DNA from: Rhizaria sp. SCN 62-66
Taxonomy: Eukaryota
NCBI GenBank assembly: GCA_001724265.1
Contig: MEDY01000281.1
Location: 1-40,816 of the forward strand
Length of the DNA: 40,816 nucleotides
Reading direction: 5' to 3'
A program made the position numbers and the translations under genes. Numbering within the stretch: the stretch's first letter is position 1; every line of letters begins with the position of its first letter. The notes beneath the pieces were generated by a model. It did not search any database and was not told where the DNA came from. It saw only the letters and a list, made by a program, of their open reading frames with translations. Of the stretch, positions 9,826-21,600 are shown piece by piece.

Positions 9826-12660
9826 TTAACTGGTGAGCTCCTGTGAGCAGATTGCAAGGGCAAGCTTTGCACGCAGAACCTCTTTGCTCGAGTAACAGGG
9901 GAGCTCCACGAGCATAAAGCAAGTGTGAGATTGCGGCAGCCGTTCGTCGTTGCGCTCCCACTCTGTCAAGTGAACGCGCATGAATTGCTGCACGTTTCCG
10001 CCACCAGAGCCGCCGCTGCTGGCGTCGAGCCCGGCGGGCAGCTTGGCCATGCCCCACACGAACTGCAGAAACTGCCCGCGCTCCTTGGGCCCCCACTCGG
10101 CGAGCACCTCCCATAGTGCCTCGGCAACGGCGGCCTCGCGCGCGCTCAGTGGCGGCCCGCGCGGCGCAGAGGCGCCCACTGCCGCGCCCGCCTCGCACCG
10201 CGCGCCGTCGGCGCCCACCACCACGGTGAACGCGCGCAGCCGCGCCGCACTGTAGTCTTCGGCACCCGCAAGCCAGCGCCAGGCGGCTGCGGCGCCGCGC
10301 AGCCCCAGCGCCCACCCGCCTGTCAGCGCCGCGCCGCTGGCGCTAGACACCGAGACCGCGCCGGCCGCGGGGTCCACGCCGGCGCGCTGGTCGCAAGCGC
10401 CAGCGCCGTTGGCGTGCGACGCAGCGCCCGCGCGGCTGCTGTCGGCGGCCGCGGGGCCCAGAGCGGCGGCGCCCGCGGCTGCGGCGGGCGCGGTGACCGC
10501 AGCGGACCCCGCGGCAGCGCCGAGCCCGCCGCGGCCGAGCGCGGTCACAAAGGGCGGCCGCCGCAGGTGCGCCGAGGCTGCAGCGGCTCCAGGTGTGGCC
10601 GGGAGAGACCACAACATGCCTTCGCGCACCGCTGCTGCTAGCGCGCCGCCGAACGCGCCGCCCGTGGCTGCCGCAGCCCCCGAGGCCGCCGCGCTGCCCG
10701 CGCGCCTGCCGAGGCCTAGCGCGGCTAGAGATCGTAGCACGGGCGCGTTGCACAGCCGCGCGTGCGCACCTGGGACCACCGCAGCTGGGCCCGCGGCCGG
10801 CGCAGCGGCAACATCGGCGTTGGCCCAGCCGCCCGCGCCGGTAAGTGCGGTCACGGCGGCCGCGGCAAAGGCTGAGCGAGTCGCGAATGTCACGCGCACG
10901 AAGCGTGCTGCGGGGAACAGAGGCGCGCGCCCTGCCGTTGCGCCGCTGTTTCCGGCCGAAGATGCTCCCGCGCCACTGGCAAGGCCGAGAGGGTTGCGCG
11001 CAGCGGTTGCCGCGTCTGCGGCCAGCACACTGTCGGGTAATGCAACTGTGGCCGCTATGTCTGTAACTGCGGCTGCAAAAGCACGCGGCGCGAGCGGACG
11101 GCCCTGACCGTCGGCAAACAGCAACGCACGCGCCGCTGTTACGTCGGCCGCCGCCAGCCGCTGCAGCGCGCCAAGGGGCGCTGTGAATGCCGCGGGCAGC
11201 CGGACGGGAGCGGCGGCACTGTCATCGTTGCCGTCTTCACTGTCGTCGTTGTATCCGTCGTTTGCAATTATGGTGCTATTGTAGCAGTGCGCTAAAGGCT
11301 GAGGAGAGCCATCGGTAAAGCCTGCATTGGATCTACTGAAGAGCTCGCGGATGTCGCTTTCGCTGCTGCGTCCATGCATAGCGTCACTGTCTTCAGCTTC
11401 GTTATTGTTATCTTGAGGCGCTAGAGTGACAGACGATGACGGTAAATCATGCGGAGGCTTCACGTGCCATTCACTACTTTGAGGTTGCACTTTGTCCACG
11501 AAACGTAGATCTTGTTCAAGTACTCCGTCGCGGTCAAAGACGTCAATCCACACCGCTTCGCGCGCACATAGCGCAGACACACACTCTGCCACCGCGTTAG
11601 TTGCGGTGGAGTGGCTTGTCGGAAGAGTGACACAGACCGAGGCGAGGCCGCGGCGCGCTGCCACAGGTAGCCCGGCCACCGCGAGCACCTCACTGTCGTC
11701 CTCGCCGCCGCCGCTGCCGCTGCCCACAGCGCTGTCTGCGGCACTGCTATTTGCTCCAGCATTGTGGTTGCCGCCAGTGTGCGTGCCAAGCCCCGCGCCG
11801 CGGCCCTCGCCGCCAGCGTCGCCGACTACAGCGGCCCACGCCGCAGAAGCAAGTCGCGGGTCGACCGCAGCGCCGGCGCGCGCGGCCAGCGCCAGCAGCA
11901 TGCCGGCCGTCGCGGCCAAGTGGGCCTCGCGCGGCGCGCCTGCCAGCGCGTTGAACGCCAGCGTGTCGCGGTGCGCGCCTTCGCCGTGCGTCGCGTTCGG
12001 CACGGCCACCAGCAGCGGCGGACTTAGCGGCTGCGCGCCCGCGACTTCGGTGCCTGCGGTTAGTGCTCCGGGGCCGCGCGCAAAGCTGGGAACAAAGCCT
12101 GAAACAGCATTGCTTATCGACGTATTGCGACTTGTGCTGTTGCTCATGTTTGTGCTGCCCGCGCTCGTTGTGGCGGCTAAGCGCAGCACACGGCGTGCCT
12201 CGGAGCGCGGCAACCCAATAGCGCTTGCCACAGCTTCTGCAGCTTCCTCAATTTCAAAGCTGCTGCTGTAACCAGTGTAACTTGCATGGCGCAAAGTGCG
12301 GCGCAAAAGAGCTAATTCAACGCTGGAGTTACCGCCATAGACATGCGCCAGCGCGCCACATAGCGCACTTGCGCCAAGGCTCCTGCTCTCTCCGCCGCCG
12401 CCCGCGCCTACACCCTGCGCAGCGCCGCCAGTGCTGCCGCTGCTGCTGCCGCCGTGCGCGGACGCAACAGCCGCTGCAACAGAGGCTGTGAGCACAAGTT
12501 GTGAAACGGTCGCCTCAAGGCCCCACCGGAACGGGCCGGGAAATCCCGCGGCGCCGGCGTTTGTAGCGCCCGTAAGCGTAACGCGCAGCGCATACGCGGC
12601 AGGAACTGCGCGCAGAGAATGGCAGCGCACGTCGCGCAAGCGCCGCGCTAGCTGAACAAG
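9826..12660 (-). other. HECT domain (HERC-type), insertion-expanded; catalytic Cys codon at 9919-9921
   Basis: N-lobe motifs LRVTLTG..AAGFPGPFR, LLVAVPNATHGEGAHRDTLAFN and GMLLALAARAGAAVDPRLASAAWAAVVG. C-lobe LWEVLAEWGPKERGQFLQFVWGMAKLP...RLPQSHTCFMLVELPCYSSKEVLRAKLALAI. Confidence 0.92.
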
Positions 12661-15600
12661 CGCATTGTCTGGCACTGGGCTTGCGCCGATCATTGGAGCG
12701 CTCAAGTCGGCGTTCTGACCGTGACCGTGAGCGAGAGCATGGTCGTGGTTGGCGTGGACGCGTCGCGTTGCCAGAACATCATCCGCAATATCGCCGTGGT
12801 TCATTGCGTTGCTGCTCCCGCCAAGGTTGCTGCTAACATGACGACGGCGCCGCGTGGCTTCATCGCTGCTCGTGCTGTAGTGAAACGCATTAGCGTCCTC
12901 GGTATCAACATCTGCCTCAATGTCATCGTCAGCTTCGGCCTCATTATCAGCGCCAAACTCGAGCTGCGCTTCCGCAGCCGCCGCTTCCGCCTCTGCCTCA
13001 GCCTCGCCCCACAGCTCAGAGTCAGCGTCGGTCATTACGGCGTGAGTTGTCCTGCGTGCTCCTGAATCAGGTTCAGACTCGGAGTCACTGCCACTTGCGC
13101 TGGCTCTGGCAGAAGCACCAGCAAGATTGCTCGCACGGCGGCCGCTGCTTGCGCTAGCGCCGCGCTCATCACTCTCACTAGCAGTGTTTTCGTCAGCGTT
13201 GTCACCAAGAGATGCGTTCGCACTGCTCATGTCTGCGCTGCTATCAAACTCAATGGCGGCTTGACTAGCGCCGGGTACAGGGAGACTTCCTTGCTGCAGC
13301 GGCAGCTCTAACCGTACCGCGGGCGAGGCGTCACAATGCACGCGCGCGGTGGCCATCATCGCCAGCTGCGCCAGTTGCGAGCGCGCAGCGGGAGACGGTA
13401 GCAGCAGTCCTGCGAGTGTGCGCCCGCCCTCTTCTTCCTCCTCCTCGTCTTCGCCAGCAGCAGCGGCCAGACTGTGGTCCTCGCCGTTGTTGTTGTCCTC
13501 TTCGTTGTGCTTACTGTCGTCGTTGTCCTTGGTATCGCTGTCATCGCCCCGGCTTAACTTATCGTCAGCCATCTTGGTGCTCACGGTTACAGCATTGTCG
13601 CTGCGCTGCAACCCGGCACCAACAGCACGTGCGTCGGCCACACTAGCTAAGGCTGCACTCCGCTGCGCGCGCGTTGGCGCCTGTGGCAGTGCAGCCAACA
13701 GCACCGACGCCGGGCCCAGCTCTAACAGACCCATTACGTCGGCTTCAGTCTGCTTGCGCGCGCGGTTAATGCCGCCTGCGCCGTCAGCGCCGTGTTTGCT
13801 AGCACTAGGGTCTATCTCGAATACGCGGCTTACCTTTGGTTCCGCTGCTGCCGCGTCCAGCGTTACAGCCATGGCCAGTTCCAGCATTTCTCCGCTGCCA
13901 TCTGACGCCAGCGTGACCGCAGCGTCTGCAAGCGCGGCTGCGTCAACGCCATGCCAACTGCCCGGTGGGCCAAAGCTGGCGCGGCGCGGCGGTGCAGTAG
14001 CGCGTAATAGTGTCTGCAGTAGCAGGCCCACGCGTAGGAGCACGCGTTGCGAGTCTGCGCTAAGTCGCGCTAATAGCGGCAGTGTGGCGTGCTGTGCAGC
14101 TACAGCAATAGCGAGGCTTTCAACCTGTGCATGCGCACGCGCGCGCGCCCGGTCATTTGCAGCTGCTGCAGACGACTCAGCCAGCGCAAACTCAGTCGCC
14201 GCATCTGCAAGGCCGCTACTTGCCGCAGCACCGGCCCCAGCCTCGTCCTCTTCTTCAGCAATCGCGGCGCCAGTCAAGATCAAACTTGCGGCTGCGTCAA
14301 CCAGCACCGGACTAACAGCAGTAATAGCAGGGTTGGTATTGTTCGGTACAATGAAGGAGTCTATGGGTGGCAGGATGGGGCGCAACGCGGAAGTCAGAAG
14401 GTGTAACGCAGTGGCCTCTTCTTTAGCGGTCTTAGTCGCAGCGAGCGCGCGCAAGCAGCTGGCCCAGATCCACGCAACGGCAACGGCAGCGCGCGCGTGC
14501 GCCCTGGCGCGCGCAGCGCGGCCAAGGCCCTGTGCGGCTGCAGCGCCCGCGCGCACCGCTGCGGCGCGCAGCATTGTCTCTGCGCGCTCAACGCGCGAGA
14601 ACAGCTGCGAATCCTTGTCGCGCTTTGCGTGCAGGCGCACTCCACGCGAAGCTGCGTGCCCGCGCGCGCAGGCAGGCAGCATTGTGCAGTGCAGCACGTG
14701 CGCATTATCCGCGAAGGCGTCCGTTTGCCGCGCGCATTGCCACAACAAAGCGCCACGCGCCTCGGCAGACATCGCGGCTGGCAGTAACTCGCGGATTGCA
14801 ATAGCGACAACTGCAGCGTCAACAACTGGCGCTGCGGCCTCTGCCAAAGCTAGGGCAGCGGCGCGGCTGCTGTTGTTGTGAACAATTGCAGTACCCGCGG
14901 CTTGCGCAATGCCGGTGAGCTACAGAATAGACATCACTGATGTGTAGGACAGCGCACTCATACTTACAGTCGCCGCATTTACGCTATGGGGTGCCGCGGC
15001 AGACACATGTAGCGCGGGCGCGAGAGTTTCGACTGTTGCCTTTGCCGTTGCTGAAGCAACTCGCAGAGCATGCGCAAGCGCAACCGGCACAATAATCAAT
15101 GAACGTGCAGCCGCAGCGTCAAGCATAAGATATAGAGAACGCTGCGCAGCGTCTGCGGCTGCAAACGCACCCTGTTGGTGTAGGTGTCGCGCCCATTGCA
15201 ATGCGCGCGCAAGCCTTTTCAGCCCCAGGCCGTTGCTGGTCCCATCGTCGCTGTCTAACTCGGAGTCCGATTCCGACTGTGGCATTGACTTGAAGTGTCG
15301 CGAGAGCCACTCAGAGGGCAGGTCAGTGACTGCAACGGACACCTTGTTGCTGTGCCGCGCATTGCCCGCGCGCAGTGTCAGGACGCCACACCACGCCTCT
15401 GCGCTAACGCTACAGACCGGCAACGCTAGTTTGTCGCTGTTGCTCATGCCAGCGCCAGCAGTGACGCTAGGCCGCGGTAGCACGCCCCAGCGCTAGGCGC
15501 CAACGCGGATTGCGATGCGCAGCACGCGCTCAATTGCAACAACGGCCTCAAAGCGGCGCGCACTGGCGTCGGAGCGCGCGGCGACGTAGGGAAACAGTAC

Positions 15601-18600
15601 GCCGCCGCTCTCAACCAGCGGAGGTCCTAGCGGCCCAGTCCCCGCCGCAGTGCCAGCGGGGCCCTCGTGGCCGCTGCCGCCGCTGCCGCGGTGCGGAGCC
15701 GACGTCGCAGTGGACACGGCCTTTGCAGCGCTGCGCGCGGTCTCTGCTTGCAGCAGTGCGGCAGACTCGGCGTAGGCCAAGTCGCGCAACGGCAGAAGTG
15801 CCGTTGACACTGGCACTGTTGCGCCCACGATTCCGCCCACGGCAAGCCGAGACGCGGTTATCCAGTCCTGCTCCTCAATGTCGTTGCCGTCATGGCTGTT
15901 GCGGCGGACGGAGCCGCCAGGCTGCGCTTTGCTTGGACCAGGCAGCACACAACAGGGGCCATAGTACTCACCGGCGGCGGCCAGCTCTGCGCCAAGCCAG
16001 GCGATTGTCGGCGCAGCGACAAGCCGCGCCGGCAGCGCTGTGAGCGCAAGCGCGGCCTCAGTCACTACGCTGAGCAGCAGCGTGCGCAGCGGGGCAGCGC
16101 TCTCGCCCAGTGCGAGCGGCGCACGGCCCTCCGCGCCCGTTTCTCGCGCGAAGCACTGTGTCGCGTTTTGCTGTTCTGCGCTTGACGTCTCCATTACTGC
16201 AGCAGTAAGCCCCGCAGCCTTGGCTACTGCGGCGCCCAGCGGCGGTAGCGCGGTGTTATGGGCGGCAGATGCGGCTGTGGCAGACTGGGCGGCGCTTATG
16301 GCCTCAGCACCGGCGCGCAGCGCGTGCGTGGCCCTGGCGGCTATTGTGGCCAGACCAGGCAGACACGCAAGTTGCGAGCGCTCATTTGTTGTGGAGAATA
16401 AATCAGAAGTGCGTTCGCGTGGCTCTTCCTCAGCCGTTTTTGAGGCAGCTGTTGCTTTTGTGACCATAAGTGTCCGGTCAACGCCAAAGCCCTCGCTGCC
16501 AACCGCGTACGTGGCTGCTGCTGCAGCTGCCGCCGCCTGGGCAATTGTGGTGAGTGCACTCTGCGCGCGTTCGCAGTCAGCCGCAGCAAGCGAGTGCCGC
16601 GTCATTGCGCGCGCAAGGACGCGCACAAGGAACAGCAGCGCGTGCGCGGAGCTAGGCGGCGCCGCGGTGACCGTCACTAGCGCGCGGACCCAAGCGGGCA
16701 CAAGCGACACACCTTGCCCCGCAGTTGCCGCACCGCTGCGGACAACAGCAACACTTTCCGTGCGCACTTGTTGCAGCTGCTGTTGCCTATGGGCGTGCGT
16801 CTGCGCGTGTGGAGAAGATAGCAGTGTGGGAAGACCCAGCGCAAGCCCGACAGCTGTGGAGTCCGTTGCGGATGTTGTAGGCTGTGCAGAGCGGGCGACA
16901 GTGGGTGGTGCTGCGACCGCATGCAGCGACAGAGAAACCTCCGTGTGTGTGCCTTCGCGCGCTGCGGTTGCGCCCGGCACAACACAGCCCGACACTGTAG
17001 TCAAGCCGTCCTGAGCATTAACTAACTCACTGTTTCCACGGGTTAACGCATTGCGTACAGCGGATGCAACGCCACTCTCCAGCTCTTGCGTAGCGCCAGA
17101 GTCGAGATGCGCAGTGGCTGCGCGTACTGCTGTTGCCGATAGCGGTGGTGGCACAATTAGCGGCGCCTCATTCACGTCTGTTGCCGTAATGCGAACGTAA
17201 CAGGGGTTTGGAACTAGCAGGCAGCCAGGCTCTGGCGTGCCGTCAGCTGCAACAACGCGCGTGCCACCAAGCCGTTTTCCCACATGTGCCCAGCGTCCAG
17301 GGCGTTCTTGTGCGCGTTCAACCCCCTGGATAGAGCGGTAGCTGGTGTTATACGCGCACACGCGCCAGGCGTGCGTCGGCGCAAGCGTCGCAAGCGAGCA
17401 CGGCGCGTGACGGCCGCCCGCATAGTGACCGCCGTCCCACAGCCCTTGCGCTGCCTCCGCGCCGGCTGCGTTGCTATCAACACCGCCGTCAGTCCGTGAG
17501 TCAGTGACAATCACCGCGGCGGCTGCGGCTGCAGCGGCGGCGTCCGCCGGCATGCCGCAGAGGTCTTCGGCGGCGTCTGATGGCGCAAGCACAAGCGAGT
17601 GGAGCGGTACGCGCCCAGCGCGGTCAGCGCTCACAGTTACCACAGCGGGGACTGTCAGGCCGGAGGGGCGAAACCCTAACACAAGTGCATCAGTGCTCAC
17701 GAGCAAAGTGTCGGCAGAGTCGGATTCGCTCCTGTTCACAGTATAGGGCGGCTTGTAAAGGCGGACCAGGCAGGAGCGCTCGGAGTGCAGCAGTGTGCTT
17801 ATGGTCACCTCTGGCCGCGTCGCAGCCGTCATGACCGCGGTCGCCAGCCGCTCTGCCTCTACTGCCAGCGCAGCCATTCCAGCGCTGCACTCGGCAATGT
17901 TGACGTTGACAGGAACAGAAGCAGACTTATTGTGAGTGCCCGCAGAGCGCACAGTGCGTGCTGACGACTGCAGCAGCAGGCAGCCAACAACGGTCTTCAC
18001 GGCGGCTGCGGTTGACGTTGCGGCGTCGCCACCAGGACAGCCGAACGCAGCAGTGCGGCCCCCAACGGGTTCGTCGTCGTCTGCAGCGGGCGTAAGCGCG
18101 GCGGCCACAGCGCCAATAGAAGCGGGCGCTATTAGCGCAGTCGACAATGACTTGTTTAGCATTGCTAGGCCTGATGGAGTTGACACTGGCAGCCGTGGCA
18201 GTGCTACAACAACGCGCGCTCTACCAGCATCAGTACTGTCACTTACTGAGCGCAATGCAGTTGCTGTAACAGCAGCGTCTGTGCCCGCAGTAGGGGCAAG
18301 TGAGGAGTCAACAAGCCGGGCAATGGGCACCCTTGTTGCTAGTGCGAGAGCTAGCCGAAGAGGCGGCAGCAGCGGAGCAACGAACTGACTTCCGTTGGAC
18401 GTTGCAGCAGTTGCAGTGCGTATAGTGCCTAGTGTGAGTCGGCGGAACATGCTACGCTGCGCGCGTGTGACGTCAAGGCCGCACGCGTGCTCATTACGGC
18501 CGCCGCACGACAAAAGCGTCCGCAGCAGTGCGCGGCGAGCTGCTGCTGCCCCTGCGTGCAACCCACTGGCCAGCGCGCGAGCTGCAGAAAGCAGCGCAAT

Positions 18601-21600
18601 TTCACGGCTGTTGCTGTCGTCAATGTCGTAGTCAATGCTATCGTCGCCGTTGTCGTTCCGCAGCGTGATTGCGAGCGTCACAGTCTCTGTAACGGGCGCG
18701 CGCAGCGGTGCAGTAGCGGGGATTAGCGGCAGTGCCAACGGAGCCAAATCCTCAAGCCGCAGCCACACATATGACGAAGCCCACGCGTCTGCGCCGGCCC
18801 CAGCAGCCGCGGCCTCAGCGGCGTCTGCGTCTGCGCCAGCCGCAGCGGCGGGCGCCAGTCCGCGGAAAGACAGCGTGTGCGGGTTCGAGCCTAATAATCC
18901 CTCTGAGGCGTCGCCCAGGGGCGGGAAATGCACCAACACGGCGCCCACCAGCGGAGGCAACGGGACACGCATGAAGGTTTCAGTAGCATTTCCACTTGCC
19001 GCTTCCATGGCAGCAGCTGCAGCGTTGTTGCGGTTTTGCTCAAGCTCAATGCCGTCAGATCGCGCAGGAAAAGAAGCGGAGCCGCGGGAAGTAGCAGCGG
19101 GCAGCGGAGGCAGACGCAGGTGTAAACCTAGCGTCCCCGCCGTTGGCGTAATGTTTGCACTCGTCATCGCGCTTGCGCGTTCAGAGCCGTGGCGCAACAA
19201 ACCTGGAAGCGGCGCAGGCACAAACATGCCGCTTTGAGTGGCGCTTAGCGTGTCACCGTGACTTTCGGTGCCATTTCCTTGGTACGCGTAAGAGTCCGCT
19301 TGAGAAACGTCGCCTTGGCTGCTCTCAACAGCGTTAAGGCGGCTTAACATCCCGGCGCCAGTGTCGCTGTCCACCATACTAGTCGCGCTGCGCACGCTGC
19401 CGCACGACACTGAGCGCGCACCAGAACCAGAACCGGACTGAGAGCGACTGCGTTGCATTGTCGCTGCCGCGCTAATGTTATTATTCTCCCGACTGGGGGA
19501 AGTACTGCGTTGGGCGGATGATCTTACTGTCACCGCGACAAAGGCCGTATTTCCTGCATTGTTGTCCTCATCGCCATCGGCATTGTTGTCACCGTTGGCA
19601 GCGCGCATTGCAGCCGCTGCAGCCGCTGCCTCAGCTGCGGCCACTGCACCGGCACCACAGGGCGCACATGCGACGATAGTACCACACCGCTGCCTTGCGG
19701 CCAGAGTTGGCAGCGTCTCCCGCATTGCTGCTGCGGCTGCCGGCGTAAGCGCGACCGTCCGGCCGACCAGTAGCGCTGCCGCTGCGCCTGCTGCCGCGCG
19801 CGCCGCGGCGCCCACGGCCCGCACTAGCGCGCGCGGCATTGCGCTCTCGCCCACAGCGGCCGCCGCAGCGGCTGCAGCGTCCACAGCGGGGCTTGAGCTG
19901 GGCACACGGACTGAGATTGAGAGCGAGGCCGCAGCGAGACCCCAGAGGTCGGCGCGGCGCGCGGCGCGGGCGGCGGCGCCGGGATCCGGCGGCTGCGGGA
20001 AAGGGCCCGCCTCGCTGGGGCCCTGAGTGAGCCCTGCCTCGATGCTGACATCAGTGGGGAAGCACGACACGTAGTATGCGAGGCATTGGGGCAGCGAGCG
20101 AGGCAAGCAGGGGCCAAGTGCGGGTGCAATGCGCTCGGTGACGGTCACGGTTGGGCTTGCGCCCACAGGCATTGCGCGATTGGTGCTAGCCACGGGCATT
20201 GTGTTATAAGCGGACAACGCGGCAGTGCTAAGTTTTGGTGCATTGCTATTATCGTTTGTGTTTGCCGTTCCGTCGTTGGTAGGGTCTGTGATGAGGATGT
20301 GTGTGTTTACAGTCAGTCCCGCGTTGGTAGAAATCTCGCTGGCTACCACATCAATCAACGTACGCGGAGGCCGCGGTAACGCGCGCTTGGCATTGCTGCT
20401 CGTGTCGGTGTCAATGCCGCTACAGTCAAGACCCCAGCGCCAGTCATGTGCGCGTGAGGCAAGACCCGCTGCTGCAAGCCCAGCGGCGGCCGTGGGTAAT
20501 GGCATAGCAATGGTGACGGCAGCTGCAGTACCGGGAAACACCAGTCCTGCGCGTGGTGCGTCTTGGGATGCGTTGCTAGAAACGTGGTCTTCAAGCAACG
20601 CGTCGACAAATTTAGCTGCACTGGGGGCGCTGTGACAGAGCGGCAAGGGACTTGTACGAACCGAGCTCTGACTGTTTGCGTCGAGCAAAGACAACATGTC
20701 GCAGTCACCGGCCTCAATCCACCGCTGCAGTACTGCCGTGGCACGGGCACTCAGCGCGGCGCGCACAGCCTTCCACGCTTTAGTTTCAACCGAGGAAGCA
20801 ATTTCCTCTTGATTGTCAACACAGTCATCCGGGCCGCATTTGTTAGCAGTAGAGACGGCAAGCGCCGTGACCGCTAGCGCAAGCACAGAGCCAGGCTTTT
20901 GCACCCAAGCACTCGATTGCGAGCTTGCTGACGTCGACTTGCCTTTACTATTTGTAAGTAGCACTGGGGCCGAGTCAAGTGCAGTGACCGAAAGCGGTCC
21001 ATGACGTGGCGCCGGCGCAACAAACGCGAGCGGTACTACCCTGTATAGAAGAGCTGGCGCAGCCGCAGGCGTGCCCACCCATGGCGCACTGCTACTGCTG
21101 CACGGCTCAGCATTAGTGCTGCCGCCATCGCGCTCTTGGTGCTCCTCAGCAACGCCGGTATACATGCGTGACTGCGCGGCGACTGCTGGCTCGTCGCTAG
21201 CAATGGGCGCAACGCGCACGTGCGCAACGCTCTCGCGCCAGTCGATAAACTGCACGACGCCCGGCACTGCGCCGGCAGCAGGCGGCACCGTCACGGAAAC
21301 AAGGGAGCCTGCGCGCAGCGGCGGAGTAAAGGCCCCGATAACATCAAGTGCTGCAGCCGCTAGCGCAACGTTTTTTAGCGCACAGTCAGTCGATGTGGAG
21401 CCATTGTCATTAGGGTCAAGAGAGAGTGCGGAAAGGATTGACTCCACTGCTGCGGCGTGCCAGGCTAATGGGGTAGGTTGTGATAACACATGCGCGAATC
21501 CCGTTGCAGCCTCCTGTTTGCGGTTTCCGGGACTTACAGCGGCACACGCAAGCAGCGTCAGTGCTGGGTCACCGCGTTGTACTGTAACAAGTGCGCGCAT

